A stretch of DNA of 64,000 nucleotides from Ylistrum balloti (taxonomy: Eukaryota), in NCBI RefSeq assembly GCF_031769215.1, contig NW_026782064.1:1736001-1800000 (forward strand), given 5' to 3'. The notes under the pieces are model-generated. The model saw nothing but the letters and a program-made list of their open reading frames with translations. It did no database searches and had not been told where the DNA came from. Numbering within the stretch: position 1 is the stretch's first letter; each line of letters begins with the position of its first letter. Position numbers and translations under genes: made by a program. Positions 37,537-49,849 of the stretch are shown in pieces.

Positions 37537-37869
37537 CTTGACTGCAAAATCAATGATATAATTTTGTTCGAGTGAAATCCAGTTTCTCAATATTTTGACA
37601 CGTTTCTTGTCAAGCAAGCTTGCATTGTATAAAACGAAGACACCTAGACTATTTCGATGCTTTACATTTAGCTTGCGTGGTGCTGAGATTATCCGGGTGA
37701 ATATTACCTATAATTGACTTTTTGATATTATCGCAGTTCGAAATTAACAACTACTAAATGAATTGAACTTCCCAACGCAGACATAACACCACGTTGCTCT
37801 CAAATACTAATCTCTACATCACAACCTTTCAGTACACAGTTTGTACCAGTTAAAAATGTTAGCACGATG

Positions 37870-38330
37870 AACTGATATGTTAATGAATGTTAACACAAGG
37901 ACCTGATTTGTCAATGTTACCACAAGGACCTGATTTGTCATTGTTACCACAAGGACCCGATTTGTCAATTGATATCAAGAAAATGAACTCATATGTCGAT
38001 TAACATTAACACAAGGACCAGATTTCCCGATGTAAACACTTGGAACTAATTTGTCAATTAATGTTAACACAATGACCAGATTTGTCGTCGTTAACACAAT
38101 GATCCGATTTGTCAATGTTAACATTTAGGATCTGAATTATCAATTGATATTAACACTAGTAACAGATATGTCAATGTTAACAAGAGGGGCTGATATGTCG
38201 ATGTTAACACGAGGGGCTGATATGTCGATGTTAACAATAGGAACTTATTGTCAATTAATGCTAACAAGGAACAGATTTGTCAATTTATGTTACACAAGGA
38301 CCTGATTTGTCAATTAATGTAGAGAAAAGG
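37870..38330. repeat. Degenerate ~27-bp tandem repeat (aatgttaacacaaggacctgatttgtc)
   Basis: Near-identical units at ~37886, 37913 and 37940, decaying toward 38330. Confidence 0.8.
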
Positions 38331-41300
38331 AACTTACGAGAATCAACAATTTAACATGTAAATCAATAACAGTGTTATCTACCATTCTACTATCGATAAT
38401 TATATTTCCTGAACAGATGGACTGTCTCGTCCCCTTATTTCTATTTTCTATGGAAGTCTAGATAAAATGAATCAATAACGTCCTATGATAAGACAGGACA
38501 TTGCTTATATCACTTCTGTAGATACAGGTTTTGCATTCCGAGCTTAAATGCATCAGCAACACCGACAATACATCCCCTGAGGGTAGGATATATAAAATTA
38601 ATAGTTTAAAAAGCTACGCGTTATAAAAAGGTGATTGTGATGATATTATTTCTTCCTTCGTATTATAGACTATAACACTGTTGTACTCCTAAAGGACAAT
38701 TCTGTTATGTACTGTTCAGATCTATACATTAACATAGCATGTGGGCAAATGAAATTGAATTAATCATTTAACAAGCATTCCATTACAATGCCGGCCTCGC
38801 TTCTCACCGGTTTCTCTTAATGGTGGTATGTATAAAACTCTCTTTTGAATTGAATATGGAAAGGCAGAATCAAATAGATCCGATCTCATCGGCTAAATGG
38901 GATTTATATACCTTTTCATTGGATTCTACAATGATTTGAAAAGAAGACGGATACCATTCAATAGGTTTTTATTATATCTTTGTAAGGCACGCTATAACAC
39001 GTATGCCATTACTAAGTAGCTAGTATTTACCATGTTAAATCATTACAGGGATCGTAATGGAATGTAACATGACATTTCACTTAGGATTACTACTCTATTT
39101 TGATGTCTAAGACAATATATTCTATATTGACAGCACATGGATGTGATAATGTGTTAGTACAACCTTCAGGATTATCATGTCTGAGTGTATTGCCGCTCCA
39201 CAATCACCTATTTGTGAGGTAGCTGGTTAATGGCGCCGTTCGATGGTACAAGCAATGGGGAATGTTTGAACAAACCAAATTCTATATTAGTTTTAGACAG
39301 GAAAGATCTATAATTGTCCTCCAAGATATCAATAGGTACTGGGTCGACAATATCCTGATCAGGTGAAAAACGAGATAGTAACAAAATCGATATGTAGTGT
39401 AAAAACCCAGATTTTCCGGAATAAGTCTTTAACGAACAGAAATAGCATTAAGTGGATAATATCTTTAGTAGTTAGCGTCTACCTACCATTTAACGATATT
39501 TTCAGATCTCAAACGCACCATTTTTTTTGCATTGTCCGAATGTCAAATGGTATTTCTATGGTATACTAAGAATACATGGTTTGTAAACGGGAAACGATTC
39601 AGACTCGCTTCTTTTCCATGATCGTGGGAAGATAAAATATTTAATAAAAACAACAATTTTGGAGAAGGTTTATGAACGCTTCCAGGCTGCTGTCCAATCA
39701 AATTGATGTTTATCAATAAAATTTGTTGAAATTGATCACATTTTAATATGAAATATTAATTATCATATACATCTGGTTCATGCAATCGAACACATGCAAA
39801 AGCAAAACTTCACGTAAGATTATACTCCTTTATCATATTTCTAGCCTACAAAATTACAAGTAACTTCAGCACAATATGAAGCCTAGATAAATAGTTCTGG
39901 AGTTGTCAATCGCTAAAGGCTAAAGAGAGCCGTTTACAACAGCACTAAACAATAGGTTACCTTCATTACGATATCGTTTCTGGAGTTAATGGTATGTAAA
40001 TGAACACTGCCAGTGTTGTCCATATTCCGCAGGCTTTTATAAAGTGACCTTTACAGTACTCTTATTGTCAACATCAATTTATTGTACTTTCATTTGAGCT
40101 TAGAGCAATATGTATGAACATTTGTAGGATATCACAGTAGGCAATGTTCGTATATATGTAGGATATCACGGTAGGTTGTTGTTAAATATAATACTACTTA
40201 CCAACACATTCATTAATTATGTATCAATGCATGGTGGATGATAATCAATATTGGCCGTAGGTAGGACAAGCATTTTACACAATCACAGAAACAACTCCCC
40301 GTAAATCAATACAACATGTGTTTTATATTTACATACCTAATAGAAAATCGAACATTTGTAATGTAAATGTACAAAGAGATATGTTGACTGGTAACGTGGT
40401 ATTGATATAAGCCTGGAAATGCTGTTTACTTACCTGAAGTGTTATACCTATCTCAGTCCTACAGGGAATAGCTGTATGTAGATAAACATGTATATATCTA
40501 TGTAGATCCACACTTAAGTCGGTACTACCAATCATTTCGACGATCTACATAATGTATATTTTCTTACAATCAATGAACTACAGTTTGAATAGGACTAGCT
40601 GTGTTACCTTATTGATAAAGCATTAGCAAATCTTTTTATCTGTACGGATGTTACAGCTATACTCATATGATATATTAGGGCAGGCTTTGATCTGAACTTA
40701 AACATGTTTTACAATATTCATAACAATTTGAAATCTTACAAAGTCGGGTAGATTTAAGATAAACAGTAATAACCTGATTTGTGGCGAGGCCGTCATTGTT
40801 CTCTAACCATATGCATTGTGATATATATCTTTTTAAAGTACCTGCCATCTTTCGAATCACTGAATACATATTGCTGATATTAAAATAAATTTAATAAACA
40901 TTATAATGTATAACGAATTGTAACTGCTATCTATTATGATATAGAATAGCTCACAAATAATGTTTCATTTTCCTAAACGAAGTCACGTACGTATATGTTT
41001 TGACAAAATCTAAACTCTGAATGCGAGATTGGACATCTTTTGTAGTCGAGATAAGAAAATTGTCTTAGCAGGTGTGAGCAACCCAATACAGGTGAGAGAG
41101 GTACTTCAAACAAATTTGATACACGTGAGTTTAAATTTTAAGATCTGCCGAAGTACAGCTGTACATATCTTGATTTATCTCAATTTTGATCACAATATTC
41201 AATGTCGAATATAGATATAATTGTCATATCATATTATATAACTATATATATCAAATAATATATAAGTACCACTAGAGGAATGCACGTGATGATGTTCTAT

Positions 41301-42361
41301 TTAATAACTGTAATCCAATAAGATAGTCACTATTAAGATACTTTGTAAGACACCGCCCTTTTAAACACACCTGATCACAGGTAGGATCATGTAAACAAGT
41401 TACGATATAGATACCTGATTTCACCTGGGACTCGTGCTGGACAATTGATCGTCAGTCCTAATTCGGATCCATGCCCTGTCAATCTTATAATCACCACCTC
41501 TCCACCGTACAGCACGGAAGCTTCGTTAGCAACGGAAGTAGCGGAGAAGTGACGTGACCCGACCTGTTGGGGTACAATGTCACCCGAGTTCATCGCGCAT
41601 GTTTTTTGAGGAATTGTATCAAGTCTTTAGCACTTCATATTATAAAGTCAGTATACATTTAAATCCCACACAATCGGATAACCTGAAATATAATATACTA
41701 GAACAACAACGTGTGGATAGAGTTAAGCTTGTTTATAAACCCATGTTTACTATCAAGTGTAGTGATAATACACACATGGCCTATATATACAATACCGCGT
41801 CTGAGGGCTTTAAAGGAAAACATTGTGTGAAACAGATAAGACATTTCATTAGATTTAAGATTTTGTCGAAGAGAGAATCACAATCGTGATATGGTTGTAA
41901 TTAATTAAAAATAATAACACTAAATACAAAGGAGACTAAGACTTTAACTAAAACTGGATTAATTACATCAATTGTCATTTAGTTTCTATTATACAATTTA
42001 AAATTAATTTGATTTTCGACATTTTTGTTTAAAAATATATCAGAAGTAACTTTACAATACGACCTTAATATGGACAAACACAGTAACCAAATAATTCTTT
42101 AAACGATATGATGCTAGACGTTTTTATGCTTGTTAGTTTGTCTACTGGTTCCGTTGTTTTATACCTTGTTCTCGCTTGAAAACGTAACGTTACTATTTGG
42201 ATTGACCAAGGTTTACAACGCGAGTGGCGTCGATGAAACAAACGACGCTTACTCTTCCGGAACAACTGGTCTTATTCTATTTGTACTTTTTCTGGAACAT
42301 CTGTGTTAATCTTTCTTTTGTTCATATTTTGCCCTAGTTTTATGGAATTTGAGTTTGAATT

Positions 42362-44455
42362 ATGATTATGTTGTCATGTTGGTATATTGCTGATGTTTTC
42401 TATGTATGTGCTGGTCAGAAATATCCCATTACTGCCGCCTGGTTCAGCGACCACTTCTCTCGTAAAAACTGGACTGATAATCTGTCTATCTTTACCAGAA
42501 ATGGCGGAGACACAGTTCTTTTGAAAGCTCCACAATTCCTTTTTCGGTCACAACAGGATATGGAAGCAGATCCAGATTTCGCGTGTTGTGGCACCACGGC
42601 AACCGACATGGAACCAACGTGCTTTGTGGGCGAGAAAAAGGAAATGAACCAACTAGGAATCAGCATAGCATCTTTCGCGTCATACAAAAGCGGAGGCTTT
42701 CATTACATGTCCAGCGTTCGAGAAGAAATTGGATGGGGCAAGGACATATATTCATCTTGTTCTTCCGATAACAGTAAGACCTCAAAGATATATTGATTTT
42801 GATTCTAACCCACCAAATCATCTTCAATTGTGTTAAATGTTCTCGTTCAAGACTCATTTTCTGAAAAGACAATTACCATTCATAAAATTTTCAATGGAAT
42901 GGACCCTTTATCACATTATGCATCACTTCCCGATGATTTTCGTCCCATGAGCTATATTTTTAACCTTCGTATTATCTCAATTACGCCTAAGCTCCTAGTA
43001 ATGCAATAATGCAATTGAAATGTATATGCAATTATACAAATGTAGAGCACTAATCACAGTTTATTTTCTTAAATCAAATGAATTTTCAGTCTTCGGGATC
43101 CAGGGTCATTGTCCTTTTTACATCCTTTAATGACATTGATTCCAATGAGCTGTTGGTGAATGCTGCTGCAAAGAACATGTCGATATATTCGGGACTCCCT
43201 GGGGCTCCTCCAGCAATCGCTGCTACGGTTCTGTGTTAGCTTACTACGACTGGATAAATAGACTGATGGTGGACCACCAACAAAGGTACAAGAGCATAGC
43301 AGTCAAACAGTCCAAATACATGACTGCCTTCGATGCTGTTAAAGGGTACAATACAGGAGAAGAATGTCTACTAGGACAGTTCAATACTGATGCAGACATG
43401 CTGTTTTTTACTCTACACAGGGCGGTATCTTACATCACCACGGTAAGAAATTCCTTGTCTATGCTTCCGTCGACTGGAGGGTACAGTATTGACGATCACG
43501 TTCATGGATTCAACGCTCTTATAAATTCGTCGAAAGCTGACATTATAAACATCCATGAGAGGCTATGGAAGAGCTTGTTACTATTGGCCCACACAAAACA
43601 TCTTGCCCATAGCACAAGACAAGACACTTGACGCAGTACCGTTTTACCAGAACTGAAACCGAATGTAACTTTTGATGATTCTTTGTCGGTATTATACAAC
43701 AGGAATCTCAACGGACAGGGTCACGAAGGGCAGACTTGACATGGCACTGTCAGCAGGTGCAGTGTTTGTCCAGAAGGTGTCAGTATCCTCCTGGGATCCC
43801 AGCTTTACGTGCATGCCTAAGAACTCCAGCTTAACACTAGCAGGTGTACGATGAGGCTGGTTGAGCAATCATCACCGACTGTTCTTTCCACAACCGGAAC
43901 CGTAGTGGTCATATGGTTTAATTTACTAGGTCTAACCCAAACATTTTAGGTTGGTATAGCCAATTGTTTCTCTTCATCAGTACTAGCTTGATATCATCTA
44001 TTAAAATGACTTAAAATGACTTTATGTTACCAATGCCACCTTCACAATTAATGATTTGAATTAAGGGACGGTAACTGTGATTCAGTGGTGAAGTATCGTT
44101 AGTTGAATACGATTATTGCTTTGCTTTCTGATGATATAGTCCTGCAAAGATTGAAAAAGATCTCGGCTGACGGGACTCAAATAAAGTTTTAGATATTCTG
44201 GTTAGTCCATTATTTATTCCACGTTATTACAGATAACTTGGCACGACATTGGACACAAACGATATACCAGTAGCGTTAACTACTTCGAAGTTGATTTTGG
44301 CATCGAGCATCATTTTGTACCTTCCCTCAGCTATCAACAGCTATTCGATACCTACGACGTTCCACCAGAACCCAAAGGGCACTGTCAGGGTCAAAGCGAG
44401 CGGGACAAACCGAGCATGTGTGTATGCGTATGGCTATACCTATGTAGAAAAAATA
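42362..44455 (+). pseudogene. Pseudogene copy of the 46058..48612 gene
   Basis: About 94% identical to the intact copy over exon 1. Lesions: a 14-nt frameshifting deletion at ~42690, exon-1 donor GT changed to AT (42788), several further indels, and a deletion removing intron 2 plus the start of exon 3 (junction ~43707). Confidence 0.88.
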
Positions 44456-45255
44456 AATACAAATTTGGAAAGAAAATATTATTTATCCCTCTAACCCCAA
44501 CCACCGTCAACAAGTTAATGAAGTGACACACATTTTATTCAAGCCTTGCTTGGAAACATATATACGGGCATCCGTGGTTATAAAAGGCAATCTGTCACAC
44601 CGGTTATCATTATTTCAATGACGGCGCAACGCGACCAATAGGTAAATTGCATAAGAACATTTTCCCTTCCGAGTGATTGAAGAACTGGAAATAGACGTGG
44701 AACACGTATCTATGACAGATACAATATTAGTCATATAACAGAAATACATATCTATTTACGTTACAATTCACATCGTGAGCAGTGCATTTTGGAACACAAA
44801 ACAAATCAGCAAATTAATACGGCAAACCCTACCGTATTTTTTTCCAGAGTACTGACATAAATTCCTGCGTAAAAAAGCTTTACTATTTACAGTTATTTCC
44901 TTCAGAAAAAGAGTTCACTAATCAAATTTTACACAATCTACGGCAGGTCAGCACTTTGTATGGGTTTTACTAGTCAAGCATTTACACGACCAAGATTTAG
45001 AACAGGTAAACAAATAATAGTCTATGTTATAAAACATTTTTCAAACGCGCCAGTGACATAATAAAATTGGTCGTGTCTAGAGTTAAGTGCACATGCACTT
45101 GGTTAGGGATATTCGAGTTGGAATACAAGGAGTTTGCGGTGTTTTCAGTTAAATTATATCTTTAAAATCTATTTTTGGATAGCTGAGAAGTAACACGCAC
45201 TCTTTTCGGGTCACGTGTTCGCATAATCATACAATATACAGGTGACTTTACTTTC

Positions 45256-45492
45256 ACATTCTGACGCAGACAAAGTTTTAGAAGGATTGAAAACTACATT
45301 CTGACGCAGACGTAAAGCTTTAGTAGAATGTGAAAAAACTACAATCTGACGCAGATTCAAAGCTTAAGTAGAATGAGAAACTACATTCTAACGCAGACGT
45401 AAAGCTTTAGTAGAATGTGAAAAAACTACATTCTGACGCAGATTCAAAGCTTAAGTAGAATGAGAAACTACATTCTGACGCAGACATAAAGC
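45256..45492. repeat. Tandem repeat with alternating 45/42-bp monomers (acattctgacgcaga...)
   Basis: Unit starts at 45256, 45296, 45341, 45383, 45428 and 45470. Confidence 0.9.
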
Positions 45493-46057
45493 CTTTTTTT
45501 AGGATAGACCAACCGCATATTTAAGTACATTGTATGTGTGTAATTCTTTATTCTTATGCAATATAATGTCATCTCCTACATTAAGACTTCCATAGTAAAA
45601 CGTAGATTGTAAAATTGTCAGAGGGCAAGTTTGACGGGAAAAACGCTTGAAATTTACCATTTGGCCATTTTTTTTTGTCCTGCACCAATTATATTAATCA
45701 CCTGTATAATTTAAAGTGGATATCAATCACTCTGTCTTGTTTTCCTAACTTTCCCGATTAACAAGCAACTGAACATTGCTAGAAAATGTCAATACTAGAT
45801 TCATATCCAATAGTTGTAACAACTTGGAAAGCATTTATGGTAAAATGCGTTATATAACAGTAAGAGTAAGGACATGTACACACAAAAATCGAAATCAAAA
45901 TACAGAACAGTGTTGTCTGCGTAAATGTAACATCTTATCAAGTTTAAAGTGGACATTAAAACTATCGCTCTTATCAAAGAGATATACAACAGCCTTCACC
46001 TTATAGTTCCATCGCTGGAATTGTTAACGTTCTCCTGGCAATCCCACGACCAAAACG

Positions 46058-48612
46058 ATGTTGTTTTGGTTAGTTTTTCAGTCTGTATTCTTTGTATGTG
46101 CTGGTCAGAGATATCCCATTACTGCCGCCTGGTTCAGCGACCACTTCTCTCCTAAAAACTGGACTGATAATCTGTCTAACTTTACAAGAAATGGCGGGGA
46201 CACAGTTCTTTTGAAAGCTCCACAATTCCTTTTCCGGTCACAACAGGATATGGAAGTAGATCCAGATTTCGCGTGGTGTGGCACCACGGCAACCGACACG
46301 GGACCTACGTGTTTTGAGGACGCGAAAAAGGAAATGAACCAACTAGGATTCAGCATAGCATCTTTCGCGTCATACAAAAGCGGAGAAAACTTCAGTGAGG
46401 CTGTCATTACATGTCCAGCGTTCGAGAGGAAATTGGTTGGGGCCAGGACATATACTCGTCTTGTTCTTCCGATAACAGTAAGACCTCAAAGGTATATCGA
46501 TTTTGTTTCTCACCCACCGCGTCATCTTCAATTGTTCTATTGTTAAAGACACTTTTTGAGAAGACAATTACCATTAATTAAATTTTCAGTGGAATGGACA
46601 CTTGATCACATTATACATCACTTCCCGATGATTTTCGTCCCATGTTCTGCATCTTTATCTTTCTTTTTTCTCGATTCAGCCTGTGCTCCTAATAATGGAA
46701 TATATGAATTTGAAATATCTATGTAATTATACAAATATAGAGCACAAAACAAAGTATATTTTTGAATTGATTGACTTTTCAGTCAACCATGCGCCCTTCC
46801 TTCGGGATCCAGTGTCATTGTCCTTTTTACGACCTTTAATGGCATTGATTCCAATGAGCTTTTGGTGAATGCTGCTGCTGAGAAGAACATGTCGGTATAT
46901 ATGGGACTCCCTGGGGCTCCTCCGGCAAACGCTGCTACGGTGTCGGAGAAACAATTCATGTTAGCTTACTACGACTGGATAAATAGACTGATGGTGGACC
47001 ACCAACAAAGGTACAAGAGCATAGCAGTCAAACAGTCCAAATACACGACTGCTTTCGATGCTGTTAAAGGGTACAATACAGGGGAAGAGCGTCCTCTAGG
47101 ACAGTTCAACACTGATGCAGACATGCTGTTTCTTTACTCTACACAGGGCAGTATAGTACATCACCACGGTAGGAAGTTCCTTGTATCTGCTTCCGTCGAC
47201 TTACGTAAAGCTGGAGGGTACAGCATTGACGATCACGTTCATGGATTCAACGCTCTTGTAAATTCGTCGAAAGCTGACATCATGAACATCCATGAGGGGA
47301 GAGGCTATGGAAAAGCTTGTTACTATTGGCCAACACAAAACATCTTGCCCATAGCACAGGTCGACAAGACACTTGACACAGTGCTGCATTACCAGAACCC
47401 TCAGCTGAAACCCAATATCACATTTGAAGATTTCTTTGTCGGTAGCATACAGCAGGTATGATATAGTGATTTTGTTTCCTATTTTCTTAACAATGAACTT
47501 TTAAGAAGCATCGCTCAAAAACAAACCAAAAATGTAGTACTGTTCGCGAAGGTCTAATACAAATGGCTGTGATTTCAATTGGTTCCAGAGACAACAATAT
47601 ACTAGTTTTACTCGAAACGATATGTTACATCAGCACGTATTGATACACTATACATGACGTATGTCACAAAGATTCATCCAGTATATATTTTTCATTATTA
47701 TCAGGTAATGGAATCTTTGTTTGTTGCTCGAGAAGCGCTCCAGAAGAATAACATTTCCTTTGACATGTGGTTGAACCTAGAAGCGTTCGAATCCCTTCGA
47801 GATAATCCGTGTTTTCCAACATCCGGGTCTGGAACCTCAATCTCAACGGACAGGGTCACGAAGGGCAGACTTGACATGGCACTGTCAGCAGGTGCAGTGT
47901 TTGTCCAGAAGGTGTCAGTATCCTCCTGGGATCCCAACTTTACGTGCATGCCGAAGAACTCCAGCTCGACACTAGCACAACAGGTGTACAATGACGCTGG
48001 CCGACCAATCATCACTCGCTGTTCTTTCCACAGCCAGTACAACCGTTCAGTCGTGGTGATAGGGTTTAACTTACTGGGCGAAACTCAGGGATTTTCGGTT
48101 CGTATACACGGTGGTTTCTATTTCATTCGATACCATTTTCTATCTCAGTGTTTGATTTTTATTTATCAATCTTAAATAGGTCATTACTAGAAACTTGAGT
48201 TGTTTTCTTTTCATCTTTAACAATTATCAATTTAGAGCAAATAATGTTGATTGCTTTTTCGAGGTTCTGTGCTACAATTGGCATTATACGTCCTTGTTTT
48301 AGCTAACCATTTTTTACCTGATGGAATTCAAATACGTTTGGGATGTATTTAAATACTAACAAGTAATTACAGGTGAGTTGGCCAGACATTGGACACAAGC
48401 GTCATATCAGTAGCGTCCACGGTTATTACTTCGAGGCTGACTTCGGCAGCGAACATCATCTTGTACCTTCTCTCATCTACACACAGCTGTACGACCCCTA
48501 CAACATAATGCAGCTCAACCCTAAGGGCATTGTCAGGGTCAAGGCCAGCGGGACAAACCGAGCATGCGTGTTCACGTATGACTATACCTACGTAGAAAAC
48601 AAAACTGGGTAA
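46058..48612 (+). CDS. Secreted 579-aa protein, putative DUF4434-like TIM-barrel glycoside hydrolase; join(46058..46491,46783..47455,47705..48097,48373..48612)
   Basis: Signal peptide MLFWLVFQSVFFVCAG. GT-AG junctions have phases 2, 0, 0 and give 1740 nt open. Motifs WTDNLSNFTRNGGDTVLL, AVKGYNTGEE and MWLNLEAFE resemble DUF4434. Many N-x-S/T sequons. The gene structure is solid; the family assignment is by eye. Confidence 0.8.
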
Positions 48613-49063
48613 TAAATACAATGTTGAAGAGAAACAAATTCTTTATCGTGCTAACGTCAATAATAATACCTTTGCAGATTCTGGTCACAAGTTTTCCTTC
48701 AGAGATCTATATGGTGAAAAATAAAGGATTGATATCAATAGAAAAGGTAAGTCGTTAATATGAGTTATCCAGTAATAATCAGTATGAACTTCATATGTCA
48801 TTGTATGAACGCACAATTTTAGATATCCTGTTTTGTCCTCGTGTTTAGAAGGCAGTAGAGATTCACGCAACATTTGTGAAAAAAAAACCCATAGATTTAC
48901 TAGCTTGTTGTACCCTCTGAGATCGAGGATTCCTCGTATTCAAACAAGAAAGCAGCCTATCGACCATCTTGTTTTTCCGATGAGCACTAAAATGAATAGT
49001 GGACAATTAGGGGTTAAGGCAAAGCTACACAGAAAATTTGGAAATAAAAATGCAAAAACACAA

Positions 49064-49849
49064 TTTTAGCTCACCTGGCCCGATGGGTCAAGCTTCGTCA
49101 ATTTTTTCGTTTAACATAGTTTCTTCAATAACCAATGCACGAAATATTTTGATATTTGGCCGGTGTGTTCCTAGGATAAAACCCAACAAAGTTTGCGAAA
49201 AAAACGACCTTTTCCTATATCCAAGGTCACATTTATTAACACCTTTAAATGACTTTTCATGAACTAAAAGTCCTAGCGGCATGATATTTGACTATGTTTC
49301 CTAAGATGACTCCCAACAATACTGGCGAAAACAAATGACCTAGACTTATATTCAAGGTCACAGTGGTCAAATTTGTTCAAATATTTAAATGACTTTTTCT
49401 GATGAACTAAATGGCATAATATTTAGCAGGTATGTTTCTACGATAAAGCCCGACAAAGATTGCGAAAGTAAATTACCTTGACCTATATTCACGAGTGTCA
49501 GATTTGTAAAAACATTTAAAAGACCTCTTCTCATGAACTAAGAGGCCAAGAGACATTTTATTTGGCTGGTATGTTCCTAGGATAAAGCATGAAAAGGTAT
49601 GCAAAAAGAAATGGTCTTGACCAATATTTAAGTTTACAGGGACCGAATTTGTTAAAATATTTAAACGACTTCTTCTCATGAACTAAAACGCCTAGAGGCA
49701 TGATATTTTGCTGGTATGTTCCTAGGATGCAGACCAAAAACGTATGTGATAAGAAATGACCTTGACTTATAATCAAGGTCACACAGGCCAAATTTGCCGG
49801 TACGAATATATCTGGTGAGTGCTGCAGGCCCATTCGGCATCTTGTTTTT
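49064..49849 (+). mobile_element. Non-autonomous Helentron/HINE-like element with internal ~130-bp degenerate repeats
   Basis: Starts ttttagctcacctggccc and ends ggtgagtgctgcaggcccattcggcatcttgtttt. Subterminal inverted gctcacc/ggtgagt and T-rich ends. Internal units share caaggtcaca, atgaactaa and tgttcctaggat. No coding capacity. Confidence 0.55.

Noticed and set aside
37870-38330. Shared aatgt...acacaagg words between the 27-bp and 44-bp satellites
   Set aside because: Too short and AT-rich to support common origin.
41380-41600. GC-rich segment open on both strands
   Set aside because: The strand cannot be decided, and no partner exons or motifs were found.
46479-46484. Strong-looking donor ACA|gtaaga for hydrolase exon 1
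   Set aside because: It is phase 0 and would put exon 2 out of frame; the AG|gtatat donor at 46491/46492 restores the frame.
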